NCBI GenBank assembly: GCA_965240325.2
Contig: OZ251233.1
Span: 1,984,001-2,048,000, forward strand
Direction: 5' to 3'
Origin: Rebecca billardiae RCC1528
Taxonomy: Eukaryota; Protista; Haptophyta
DNA length: 64,000 bases
How positions within the stretch are numbered: the stretch's first letter is position 1; every line of letters begins with the position of its first letter. Of the stretch, positions 45,035-56,344 are shown in pieces. Below the pieces are notes generated by a model, which made no database searches, had not been told where the DNA came from, and saw only the letters and a program-made list of their open reading frames with translations. The position numbers were made by a program, and so were the translations under genes.

Positions 45035-48000
45035 ATGCGGCGAGAGCTCTGCACCGCGTTGCTGGTCCTGGCCCTGGCTGTCGTCGGCGTCGCCGCGGGC
45101 CCTCCTCTCCCGCCTCCGAGCCCGCCTCCGCGCGCGCCCCCGCCGCCGTCCTCGCCGCCGCCGCCGGTCTCCATCCCCGAGTCGCTGCCGCGGCAGAACC
45201 TCGCCGAGCTCCTGAACGCCGCCGCCGCCGCGGGCAAGGCGGCCACCGACACGGCCGAGGTCGACCTGTACCACGAGCACGTTGGCGCGATGCTGCTGCA
45301 GGCCGACCTCCCGACCGACACCGTCGTCGGCCTCCGCCCTCGACTCGTCGGCTCCGGCGACGAGGCGGTGGAGATCGACTCGTGGGCCATCCTGTGGCCC
45401 GACGCGATCGCCAAGGCGATCGAGAAGGTGAAGGAGTACGTCGAGGCGAGGGGCGACTATGACATGCCGCCGGTATACGCCCTGCCCTCCGAGCTCGCGC
45501 GGCACGCGCTCGAGCAGCTCGACAAGGACCAGGGCTCGGCGCGCACGCGCTTCCGCTGGCTCAAGCCGGGGCAGGAGGCAAACCTCACGCGCGCGGACGT
45601 GGAGCCGCAGCACAACGTGCGGATCCCGCGCGTGCTGGGCATGCCCGTCGCGATCCCCAAGGTCGGCACCAACCTCAGCCTCGTCGTGCTCAGCGGCGTC
45701 GACCCGCCGCGCCGCCGCCGCGCGCTGCGCGACGCGCGCGGCGCCGAGCTGCCCAGAGCGAAGACAGTGTTTGGCCTGCGCCGGTACTCGGTGGAGGAGG
45801 CGGAGGGCGGCGTGGTGAGCGTGCAGAACGGGAACGCGCTCGGCTCGGCGGTGTCCGGCGCCGCCGTCGCCGCCGTCCTCGCCTCAGTCGTCGTCTCAAA
45901 CGTCGCGTCCGTCGCCGCGGCGAGCGGCGGCTCGGCGGTCGCGCCTCCGCACGGCGGCGGCGGCGCGCTCAAGACAAGCGCGCTGCTCATCTCGCAGCTG
46001 CAGTACATGCACGTGCTCTCGTTCGCGCCGGTGGACGTGCCGCTCGCGTACCGCTCGTTCCTCGCCACGCTGCAGTGGGCCAACGGCTTCCTCGGCGTCG
46101 GCGCGGACGACCCGCTCGCCAGTGCGGGCGAGCGCACGTGTCCGGCGCTGGCGGCGGAGCGCGGCGTCGGCGCGCCCGCCGCCGGCGACCCATCCGACCA
46201 GCACGTGCAGGCGACGCTGGACTCGTCGGCGTTGGCCTCGCCCGAGGGGATGTGGCTGGTGCACGTGCGCCTGCTGCTCCTCGCGCTCGCGCTCACGCTC
46301 GCCGCCTCGCTCGGCCTGCAGCTGCTGTACACGCCGACGCGCGCGGAGGCGGAGGCGGAGGGCGAGCGCGGCGGCTGGGTGGCGCGCGTGCGCGCCGCCG
46401 CCGTGCCTGCGTCGATCGCGCCGCCCAAGCCGCAGGCGGTGGTCGGGTTCCTCTTCTTCCAGGGGAGCGTGCTCGCCTCGCTCGTGCTCATCACGCGCGG
46501 CCCGTGCCACGACGGCTACCTCGCCGGCGCCATCGTGCTGCTCGCCCTGGGGCCGCTGTGCTTTGGACTCTGGGTGGCGGCTACTCTGCACTTCACGGTG
46601 CTGCGCGCGCAGGTGGTGCGCTGGCGGCCGTTTGACCTGCGCGCGCTGCGCGAGATGGCGCGCGCGGCGAAGCAGCCGGCGCCCGGCAGCTCCGCCGCCG
46701 CGCGCATCCTTCCGCGCAAGCTGAAGACGGGCGCGTCCGCCGAGCCGGCGGCGCTGGCCGGCGGCGCGGAGTCGGCTGAGGCGCCCGCGGCGTCGGCAGC
46801 CGTCGGCAGCGCGGGGCGGCGGCGGGCCTCGTCGTTCAGCGCCGGGCGCGCGGGCGCCGGCCTCGCCAGCACCGCGAAGCGGCTGATGCGCGCGTCGGAG
46901 ATGTTCGCGCACAGGGGCGAGTGGGTGCCCACCGAGCTGGCCGGGCAGCACGGCGCGCTCGACCTCGCGGGGCAGCACGGCTTCGCCCTGAAGGACCGGC
47001 TGGGCATGCTATTTGAGCAGCGCACGCGGCCATGTGTCTTCCACCTGTCCTTTGAGCTCGGGCGGCAGGCGGCGCGCGTCGTCGCGGTGGTCGCGCTGCC
47101 CGGGCTGCTCGTCAGGCTGGGCGGCATGCCGGCGCCGCGCGCCGTGCTCGCGACGGGCGGCGCGCTCGTCGGCCTCGAGCTGCTCGACCTGCTGCTCGTG
47201 GCGGCGCTGCGCCCGTTCGCGGAACGTTCCGAGAACCTCACGCGAGGGCTGCTGCCGTTGCTGCGCTCGGCGCACATTGTCGCGCTGTTCGCCGGGAGCT
47301 GGCTGGGCTGGGTGGATGCGCGGATCGGCACGCTGGCGCTCGTCAACCCGCGGCTGCACGCGCTCGTCGTCGCCGCGCCGCAGCTCGCCGCGCTGCTCGC
47401 GCTGTTCCTCAAGTGCGCGCTCGAGACAGCAGCTGACGTGCGCTCGCTGCGCCGCCGCGTCGCCGAGCGCGTGCACGCGGCCCAAGTGGTCGCGCTGCTC
47501 GAGGCGCACGGGCTCGGCGGCGAGGGCGGGCTCGACGCCGAGGGCGGGCACGCCGGCTCGCCCGCGTGGCCCCCGCTCCCGGACCCGCTCCCGGACGGCC
47601 TGGTGCGCTCGGACGTGCTGCTGCTCGCGCACGCGGCGCTCGCGCTGCTCGCCGTCACGCACCCGTTCGGCCAGGCGGTCGTGGTCGGCGCGGCCAAAGA
47701 AGAATACGTCCGAGCGTTCCGCGAGCGCGCGGCGCACCCGGGCGCGCGCACCTGGCTGCGCCGCGCCGCGCCGTGCGCGCCGCCGCGGGGCGCGTACGGC
47801 GCGACCGCGTCGGCGCGCGCGGAGGCGCACGGCGCCGCGCTCGAGCGCATGCAGGCCGCTTTGCTGGAGCGCTGCCGCGTCGAGTTCCTGATCGAGGTAG
47901 ACTTGGGCCGCGCGGGCGAGCGCGACGGCACGGCGGCCGCGGCAGGGCGGCTGCTCGTCGGCGCGCTGCACGGCGCGCTGCAGGCCGACGCCGTCGACGC

Positions 48001-48490
48001 GGTGGTCGCGGCGGCGCAGCTGCGCGGCGTGCACGAGGCCGCGGCGCTCGCGCTCGGCGAGGCACTCGTGCCCGCGATCGGCCACACGCTGGACGGCTCG
48101 CTGCGCCGCGCCGCCAGCGCGGCCCTCGCGGCCGTGCTGCCTCCGGACGAAGTGGTGCCCACGCCGGCGGAGCTGGCTCCCGCGGACGGCGGCGGCGACG
48201 CGGCCGCCTCCAGGCCAGGGCGCGAGCGCGAGGGCGAGGCGCCGGGCTGCGCCGTGGCGGTGCGCGCGGCCGTCGCGCGCTCGCGCGAGCTCGCCCGCCG
48301 GCGCCACCGCCACCGTGCCGCCGTGGTGGGCACGGCCGACGCGAGCCACTCCCACGCCTCGGCCGCCGCCAGCCCCCTCCCTCCCGTCAAGTTCGTCAGC
48401 AAGCCTCCGCCGCCGCCCGACAGCCCGCCGCCGGGCGTGTGGCAGCGAGGCCAGTCGGGGGGCGCCGGGATCGTGGGCGGCGGCGGCTGA
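45035..48490 (+). CDS. Secretory-pathway multi-pass membrane protein of TRP-like/FLC (PF06011-like) type, 1151 aa
   Basis: Signal peptide and Pro-rich (SPPP) ectodomain. ISQLQYMHVLS..PVD.P.AYRSF...LQWAN and DRLGMLFEQ...F.L.RQ...LRPF motifs. About 8-9 hydrophobic segments. Confidence 0.65.
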   Translation: MRRELCTALLVLALAVVGVAAGPPLPPPSPPPRAPPPPSSPPPPVSIPESLPRQNLAELLNAAAAAGKAATDTAEVDLYHEHVGAMLLQADLPTDTVVGLRPRLVGSGDEAVEIDSWAILWPDAIAKAIEKVKEYVEARGDYDMPPVYALPSELARHALEQLDKDQGSARTRFRWLKPGQEANLTRADVEPQHNVRIPRVLGMPVAIPKVGTNLSLVVLSGVDPPRRRRALRDARGAELPRAKTVFGLRRYSVEEAEGGVVSVQNGNALGSAVSGAAVAAVLASVVVSNVASVAAASGGSAVAPPHGGGGALKTSALLISQLQYMHVLSFAPVDVPLAYRSFLATLQWANGFLGVGADDPLASAGERTCPALAAERGVGAPAAGDPSDQHVQATLDSSALASPEGMWLVHVRLLLLALALTLAASLGLQLLYTPTRAEAEAEGERGGWVARVRAAAVPASIAPPKPQAVVGFLFFQGSVLASLVLITRGPCHDGYLAGAIVLLALGPLCFGLWVAATLHFTVLRAQVVRWRPFDLRALREMARAAKQPAPGSSAAARILPRKLKTGASAEPAALAGGAESAEAPAASAAVGSAGRRRASSFSAGRAGAGLASTAKRLMRASEMFAHRGEWVPTELAGQHGALDLAGQHGFALKDRLGMLFEQRTRPCVFHLSFELGRQAARVVAVVALPGLLVRLGGMPAPRAVLATGGALVGLELLDLLLVAALRPFAERSENLTRGLLPLLRSAHIVALFAGSWLGWVDARIGTLALVNPRLHALVVAAPQLAALLALFLKCALETAADVRSLRRRVAERVHAAQVVALLEAHGLGGEGGLDAEGGHAGSPAWPPLPDPLPDGLVRSDVLLLAHAALALLAVTHPFGQAVVVGAAKEEYVRAFRERAAHPGARTWLRRAAPCAPPRGAYGATASARAEAHGAALERMQAALLERCRVEFLIEVDLGRAGERDGTAAAAGRLLVGALHGALQADAVDAVVAAAQLRGVHEAAALALGEALVPAIGHTLDGSLRRAASAALAAVLPPDEVVPTPAELAPADGGGDAAASRPGREREGEAPGCAVAVRAAVARSRELARRRHRHRAAVVGTADASHSHASAAASPLPPVKFVSKPPPPPDSPPPGVWQRGQSGGAGIVGGGG

Positions 48491-48971
48491 GCCGGCCCGA
48501 CGCGGCTCGCCAATCGGGCTCGCCCCGCACCGAGGCATGCCACCGCCACGTGAATACCGTATGGCGCGTATGCGCGTCGCGTCATGGCCGATTCTCCTAC
48601 TCTCGATGATGAAACTTCCACTGATGACGACACTGGCGACGGTACCTACACCGCTACACGAGCTTCGAGCTGACCGTCTGCGGCAGGCATGCTGCTCAAG
48701 TTCTCGGGACGATTGTTCATGAGCGCAAGTCCGGAGCACGAGTCCATCGTCGCTTGTTGTAGTTACGGTACTGGACCCCCATAGGCATACTGGTAGTACC
48801 ACTGTGGTAGTACTAGTAGGAGCCTAGGAGGACGACTGACGACGACATCGTTAGTCGGTTAGTTCGGCTCCCGGACCGACCAGATGCAGGACTACGTACT
48901 GTACGGATGCACCTGGACCGTCAAGTCGACCAGCAAGGTGCTCACGGCCTGGCGCTCCCGGGGGCGGGGCC

Positions 48972-51900
48972 ATGGTGCGCCTCGTTACCGCCGCGCTGCT
49001 GGCGGCGTTGGCGGCGTTGGCGGCCCGTCCGGCGGCGGGCGAGGCCGTGCTCCGGCTGGGTGTGGTCATGTCGCTCAGCGAGACCACCCCCGAGCTGGCC
49101 GTCGCCACGCTCAGCGCCATCGACCGGTGGAACAGCGCGCCGCCGTGCGGCGCGCGGCTCGAGCTCGTCGCGCGGCTGTACGACACGCGCGGCGACGAGG
49201 GCGACGGGCTGCGCGCGCTCTTCGAGGCGCACGCCGCCGGCGCGAGCGTGATCATCGGCGCCTACCGCTCGGCGGTCACGCTCGCCATGGCGCGCGCCGC
49301 CTCCCACCTGCCGGTCGTGATGGTGTCGCCGCGCTCGACCGCGCCCGCGCTCTCCGACCGCGCGGCGCTGCCCTACTTCGCGCGGACGGTGATGTCGGAC
49401 GACGTGGTGGCGCTGGCGATGGTCGCGCACATCGTCGACCACGGCTGGCGCCACGTCGGCCTCGTCCACGTGGACGACCCCTTTGGCCGCGGCCTCGCGG
49501 ACGCGATTGCGCGCGAGGCCGCGGCGCGCCGCATCACGCTCGTGCGCGCGGGCTTTGCGTTCGACGCGGACGACGAGGCGCTGCGCGGCGCGATGCGGCA
49601 GATGGTCGGGATCACGGGCGAGCCGCTGCGCGTCCTCATCGTCATCGCCTTCAGCCGCCACCTCCGCCCGCTCGCCGACGGCGCCGCCGCGGCCGGCGTG
49701 GCTGGCCCGAGCGGCCACGTGATACTGAACGGTCCTGAGGTCGTGCAGCTGCTGCCGGCGACCTCGCCGAGCGAGCGGCGGCTGCTGCACGGCAGCGTGC
49801 TGGTCGAGGCGACGGGCGACGACGGCTCCGGCCGCTTCGAGCGCTACCTCAACGAGACCTGGCGCCGCATCGACGCGGCGAGCGTGAGCGCGTCGCTGCC
49901 GCCACACGTCGGCTCCACGGCCAACGTGAGCGCGCTGATCGAGGCAGGCACGCCGCCCACGACGGTGATGTTCGCGGACGAGGCGGTGGAGGCGGTGGGG
50001 CGCGCGGCGTGCAACGCGAGCGCCGGCGCGCCCGCCGGCGCGCCCGACGCCGACGCGCTCATCGCCGCGCTCGACGCGCTGCGCTTCGAGGGCGCGTCAG
50101 GCGTTGTGCGCTTTGACCGGCACGGGGCGCGCGCGCTCGGCTCGGCGCCCGTGCGGCTCGTGAGCGTGCGGTACGGCGGCGGCGGCGGCGGGGCGGGCGC
50201 GCCGGTGCTGGTGCCCGTCGCGTTCTTCGGCGCGGGCGGCTACGGCCCGCCCCTCGCGCCGCTGCTCTTCGCCAACGACCGCGCCGAGCCGCCGGCCGAC
50301 GGGCAGGCGGCGGTGCTGATCCGCGTCGGCCTGCTCGGCCGCTTCTGGGGCGAGCCGACGCGCCGCGGCGAGCGCAGCAAGCTCGCGACGGCGCTGCTCG
50401 CGGTGTCGCACTTCAACGCGCGGAACGGCACGTTCGCGCCGGTCTTCGCCGCGCTGCGCGACGAGGGCTGCGACGTCGTCCTCGACCCGCGCCCGCTGCA
50501 CTCCGAGGGGCAGCGCGCGAGCGGCGTCGAGGCGTATTTGGCCGGGCGAGCGGGAGGGTGGGATGTGCTCGTGGGCGCGGCGCGCTCGGCCGTGTCCGAG
50601 CCGGTGGCGACGCTGGCGGGGATCCACGGCATGCCGATGGTGAGCTACTGGAGCACCGCGCCCAGCCTCTCCGACGCGCAGGTCTACCCCACCTTCGGCC
50701 GCACCATCCCGAGCGACTACAACATCGCGCGGCTGGTGGTGGGCTACGTGCGGCAGTGGGGATGGACGCGCGCGGCCGTGCTGCACGTGAACGACGTCGC
50801 GGGCGCGGCGTACGCGCAGGCGCTGCAGCGGCACGGCGCGGGCGCGGGCGTCTCGTTCAGCATCATCCCGTTCACCGAGGGCGACCCCGCCTCCGTCGCC
50901 GACGCGCTCGACAAGATGACCCGCGACGAGTACACCATCACCGTGTGTCTCACCTTCTTGGCGGACCTGCCGGTGATCGTGCGCAACGGCACGGCGCGCG
51001 GGCTCTTCTCGCCGAGGCAGCACTGGATCTTCACGGACATGATCGGCCCGAGCGAGTACGGCGCGCTGCTCGAGCCGGACGTCGCGCTGCCGCTGCTGGG
51101 CAGCGTGCAGACCGAGGCCGCCGGCGGCTGGGGCGCGCCCGCGTGGGAGCGGTTCCGCGCGCAGTGGGCGGCGGGCGCGCTCGCGCCCGCCTCGGAGCTG
51201 AACGCATACCTGCCGCCTGAGGGGCAGCTCGGCGCGGCGTGGTGGGAGGCGGACGAGCCGAACGACATCGACGCGCTCACGTACGACGCGGTCGCCACGA
51301 TGGGCCTCCTCGCGTGCCGCGCCGAGCGCGACCCCGTCGGCTGGCCCGTGCTGCCGCGCCAGGCGTGGTGGCGGCACGGCGCGCTCGCCGCCGGCTTTGA
51401 GAGCGTGACGGGCGCCGTGCACTTCGACGCGCAGAGCGGCGACCGCTCGATGGAGTCGTCGCGCTTCACGGTGCGCGGCTTCATGCCGGGCACGCCGCAC
51501 CTCGACGTCTCCGTGCGCGGCTCCTTCGTCGACGGCGCGTGGCGCTTCCACCTGCCCATCGTCTTCGCCTCCGGGGCGAGCGAGCCGCCGGCAGATCGGC
51601 CCGAGGCGGCGGCGGCGGCGGAGGCTGCGTCCGGAGCGAGGGGCGGCGGCGGCGGCGGCGGCGAGGGCGAGGGCGAAGGCGATGGGAAGAGCGTCGTCAC
51701 GACGGTGGTGGTGCAGGACGACCGCGCCGCCATCATCACCGCCGCCGCGACGATCGCCCTCGTCGCCGCCGCCTTCGCCACGCTGCTCCTCTGGTTGCGG
51801 TACCGCGCGGCCAGGCGCAGGCTCGAGGGCGCGGCGGCGGCGGCGGAGCGCGCGCCGCCGCCCGTGCCGCTGCTCGTGATCTGCGACGCGGGCGAGGACC

Positions 51901-54900
51901 TGGACGACGAGATGGCGCTGCTGATGGCGCACATGCTGCAGGCCGAGGGCCGCATCGAGCTGCTCGGCGTGATCGCCAACCTCACCCCCGCGTACGAGCG
52001 CGCAAGGCTCGTGCGCGGCACGCTGGACGTGCTTGGGCTCCAGCACGTGCCCGTGGGCATTGGCACGGACGGCGGCAGCATGGCGCACGGCGCGGGCTTC
52101 CTCGAGAGCGCGGAGTACGCGACGGCGGTGGCGTCGCAGCGCGCGCGGCAGCTCGAGCCCGGCCGCGCGCTGCTCTACCGCGTGCTCTCCGCCGCGCCGC
52201 CCAAGTCGGTCACGCTGCTCTGCATCTCCTCGCTCAAGGACGCGGCGCTGCTGCTGCGCGACAACGCGGCGCTGTGCGAGGACAGGCTGGCGCGCGTAGT
52301 GGCGATGGGCGGGGTGGACGTGGAGCGGAGCCGGGCGGAGCGCGTGCTCGTGCCCGACTCGGCGCACAACAACGTCTTCGACTCCGGCGCCGCCGAGTAC
52401 TTCTACCGCGGCTGCAGCGCGCTCGCCATCCCGGTGACCATCGTCTCGAGGCACGCGGTGAGAGGCGGGCGAGCGCGCGCGGCCGCGCGAGCGCGCGCAC
52501 CCGCGGAGCCGGCGCGGAGCGAGCGCGCAGCACCGCCGCTCGCCGCCCCGCTCAGCGCGCTCCGCCGCGCGCCGCCCCCCGTGCGCCCCCGCGCCGCCCC
52601 GCCAGGCGTACGCCGCGCCCGTGCCGCGCGTCATCTACGACCAGCTCGCGCAGAGCGGCAGCCCGATCGGCTGGCGGCTGCGCAAGGCGCAGCGCGACTC
52701 GATCGAGGGACTGTGGCGGCGCGCGGCCGCGCCGCCCGGCTCGGCCGAGCGGCGCGGGCTCCCCGAGCGCTGCGACGCCGCGTGGTTCTCCGCCACCTTC
52801 TGCGGCGGCACCATCGAGCCCGAGGGGCGCTCGGCGGAGGACCCGATCTGGGACCTCGTCGTCGGCTTCAATCTGTATGACGTGGTCGCGCTGCTCGCGT
52901 GCGTGCCGGCACTTCGGGACGAACTGTTTGAGCCGCTCGCGCTCGGCTCGCTGCCGTGCCCCGAGCCCGCCGCCGACGCCGTCGCGCCGCCGCGGCTCTC
53001 CACCGTCGAGTCCGAGGCGGAGAGCGTCGGGCCGGGCGTGCCGTGGGCCGCCTCGCGCGCCGCCTCGCACCGCAGCCGCGCGACGAGCGCCGCGTCGCAC
53101 GGCGGCGGCGACGACGGCAGCGCGTCCGCGCCGTCGGTGCCGCGCGCGCCGTCGCTGCGGGGGTTGACGGGGCGCGCGCGGGGGCGGGCGATCTCGGTGT
53201 GGAAGCGCTCGCTCCAGCTCGCGCCGCTCTCACAGACCGCCGAGCAGGACCGCCTCGCCGCCGCCGAGCTGATCGGCGAGTCGGAGCAGGCGTCGGGCGT
53301 GCGCGATGGCGCCGCGCTCAGCGAGCTGATGCGGGACCGGATCGCCGCGTCGGTGGGGGCGGGGTCTGGCGGCGCGGCGGCGGTGAAGGAGGTGGTGGTC
53401 GTCGTGCTGCGCGAGGACGCGGCGGGCGTCTCGACGCACGGCGCGGCGCTCACGCTCCTCGCGCTGCGCGCGCTGCTCGAGTTCAACGCGCTCGACTGCG
53501 CCGCGCTTCTCGTGGTCCGGGAGCGGTGGCAGCGCTCAGGAGGTGCCACGGCCGCGGCCGCGGCCGCGGCCGCGGTGGCCGCGGCCGTGGACGGCGGCGC
53601 GACGCCGCGGGCGGGCGCGGGCGCGGGCGGCGTGGCGGACGCGCCGGACGCCGCGGCCGTGCCCTCGCAGACCCTCGAGACCGCCGAGGAGCTCGGCATC
53701 GTCACCGCCGGCTCCGTCCTCCTCGGCGACGACGACGTGAGCGCGGAGGGCGGGGGGTCGCTGGAGGCGCTCGCCGCGCGCTTTGCCCAGCTGCCGGCGA
53801 GCGGCGTGCGGCTCGTCGTGCCCGCGGGCGTGCCGCGGCTGCTCGCGCGCTTCGCGAAGGTGCACGCGAAGCTGCTGCGAGAGAAGGTCGCCGAGGTCGT
53901 CGGCGTGATCGCCGAGGTGGCGCCGCCCGCGCACGAGCTCTACTCGGCGCGCGCCCCGCCGCAGCCGGCCGACGCGACGGGCGGCGGCGCGGCGCCCGGC
54001 GTAGCCTCCGGGGCGGCAGAGTCGCCGCCGGTCTCGCCTCAGCACGCGGCGGTGCAGCGCGAGCGCACCGCCTCGGACTGGGAGCGCGCCCTCGAGCGCT
54101 TCCGCTCGAGCGCCTGCGAGCCGAGCGCCGCCCTCGACACCGAGCGCTCCGACGCGTCCGGCCCCCCGGCCGTCGGCGCGCGCGCGTCCGCGCTCTGGCA
54201 GCAGAGCAACAGCGAAGGACGGCGCGGGCGGCGCGGCAGCGCGCCCACAGTGTTTCACAGGGCGGGGACGGCGGTGACGCTCGGCCGCGCGTCCGCCCCG
54301 TCCTCCCGCGCCTCGGACGCGCGCAGCAGCAACGTCTCGCGCACCACGCGCACCAGCTACACCTCGCGCGCGAGCTTCGCCAGCTCCGTGCCCACCTCCG
54401 TGCCCACGACCAACCGAAGTGACACATCGGCGGAGAGCGCCGCTCGGCGCGCGCGCCGCGGCTGGGGCCGCGGGATGGTGCCGTGGGTCGCGGACGCGTC
54501 GGCCGCGCGGAGGCCCGCGCACGAGCAGCCCCGGCTGCCGCCGATCGTGAGCTGCGGCGAGATGCGCCTGTCCGCCTCCAGGCTGATGGCGCTCGCCGCG
54601 CACGCGGAGCGCGCCTCCGCCGCGTCCGCTGCCGAGCGCGAGCGGTCGCCGACCGACAACCATCGGACCTCGACTGGCGCCGGCGCCGGCCGGCCGACGA
54701 GCGGTGGCGGCGGGCGCGGGCCGAGCGCGCCGATCGTGCTCGTGCCGCCCGCGCCCACGCGCTACCCCAGCACACCCGGCGAGCACTTCAGCCGGCGGTG
54801 CGCGCGGCTCGGCGTGCCGATCGTCGGTGCGCCCTCCGCGCTCGTGCGCGCGTGCGCGCTGCCTCGCTCGGTGGTCGACGCGCTGCTCGAGCTCTCGGGC

Positions 54901-55455
54901 GACTTTGGGCGGACGATGCACGCGCGCGTGCGCACCAAGGTGGAGACGGCGCTGCGGTACGCGGCGGGCAGCACCGCGGCCGAGCAGCCCGAGGGCGGCT
55001 GGCACGCGCGCGAGTACGGCGCGGCGGTCGCGTCCGCCATCGACGCGTGGGAGGCTGTGTCCTATCTGCCCGCGTACGGCCCTGTCGCGCTGCTCGCGGT
55101 CGCGCAGCGCTCGTGCGCGACGCCGCTGTTCGGGCTGCAGCCGGTGGCGCTGGTGAGCGGCGCGTGGCACCACCAGCTCGAGCCCGTGCCGCACGCCGAC
55201 GCCGCCAGCGTCGTCGCCGCCATCGCGCACCTGTGCCTCAAGGCGGCGACGCTCAACACGCACGCGCTCAACGCGCACGCGCCGCCGCCCTCCGCCGCGG
55301 ACGGCGACACGCGCGGCCGGGGCGTCGAGTGCGCGGGCGTGGGCTGGGTGCCCCTCGGGGACACGGTGCCCGCGTGGCTCGCCAGCAGGTCCGCCGCGGG
55401 CGCCGCCGAAGACGAGGCGGCGGAGGGGCGTGCCCACCAGCGCCAGAGGGTCTGA
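48972..55455 (+). CDS. Single-pass receptor: signal peptide + 2 Venus-flytrap (ANF_receptor/PBP1) domains + TM + XopQ/HopQ1-like nucleoside-hydrolase-fold domain + degenerate second copy (~2111 aa, 2 exons)
   Basis: Exons 48972-52457 and 52606-55455, intron GTGAGA...CCAG (148 nt). VFT1: IIGAYRSAVT...STAPALSDRAALPYFARTV.SD...GWRHVG...F.GASG.V.FD..G. VFT2: LVGAARSAVS...STAPSLSDAQVYPTFGRTIPSD...GWTRAAVL...YDAV...FESVTG.V.FD..GDR. TM at ~51730-51800, then VICDAGEDLDDEMAL. Confidence 0.88.
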
Positions 55456-56344
55456 CGGACACGACTGATGAATCTGATGCTGACGAGTTTCCAAAATGAA
55501 ATGGCTCGTCGCTCCGCCGTCGTCGTCGCATTCCAACCGGTCCAGACCTCAGGATTTGGGAAACTCGGAAATTCAAAAGTCAAAACCCGCCGCGTGCGCC
55601 GCGTGCGCCGCCACAGCCATCCGCCGCGAGGCGCCGCCGGCTGCCGCGCCGCCGCGGTCGTAGACGTGCACGCGGCGATGGCGCACGCCGTCGGGCAGAG
55701 GCATAGAGCCTTTCTGCGCCGCCCTGCGCCGGGCGACTCGCGTCTGCCCATCTTCTCCGCGCCTTGAGCCCGCACGGACGTGTGCGCCGCCTCTCACTTC
55801 AGCCGTGCTGTCATCCCCGCAAAGTATGCGCGCGCTGAGAGCAACCCGAGGCGCGCATCCCAGGAAGGCGTGAGCCATGTTACAGTACGATCGTAGGCGC
55901 GCGCCATGGTGCCCAGCGGCTTCCCGCGCGTGCGTGCCTCTCTGCTGCCTCGGCAGGCAAGGCGCCCATATCTCTGGCTGAACGTGGCGGCGGCGCAAGC
56001 TCGCGCTCGCGCGGGCCTCAAGCTGACCTTCCAGGTGCGAGGGCGCGAAGCGCTGCGCCACGCGCAAGCTACAGTAGTTCACCGCCTCGCTACCGCCCCG
56101 CTGCGTCCCATCGGAAGCTCTACTGGACATCGCGCGGCCTCGCCCTGGCGGCGGTAGGCGCGAGCGAGGTGGCGGCGGCGGCGGCGTTCAGCTGAGTCCG
56201 GGAGCGCGGCGCCCAGATTTCCACCCGGAAACCCACCTGGGGTGGGTTTTGGTTTTGGCTGGCAAATCCCGAGGTACCTCTGGCAACCTCTGGACCGGTT
56301 GGAGACCACTCCACCGAAATCGAGCCCGGCCAGGGCTTCGGCCG

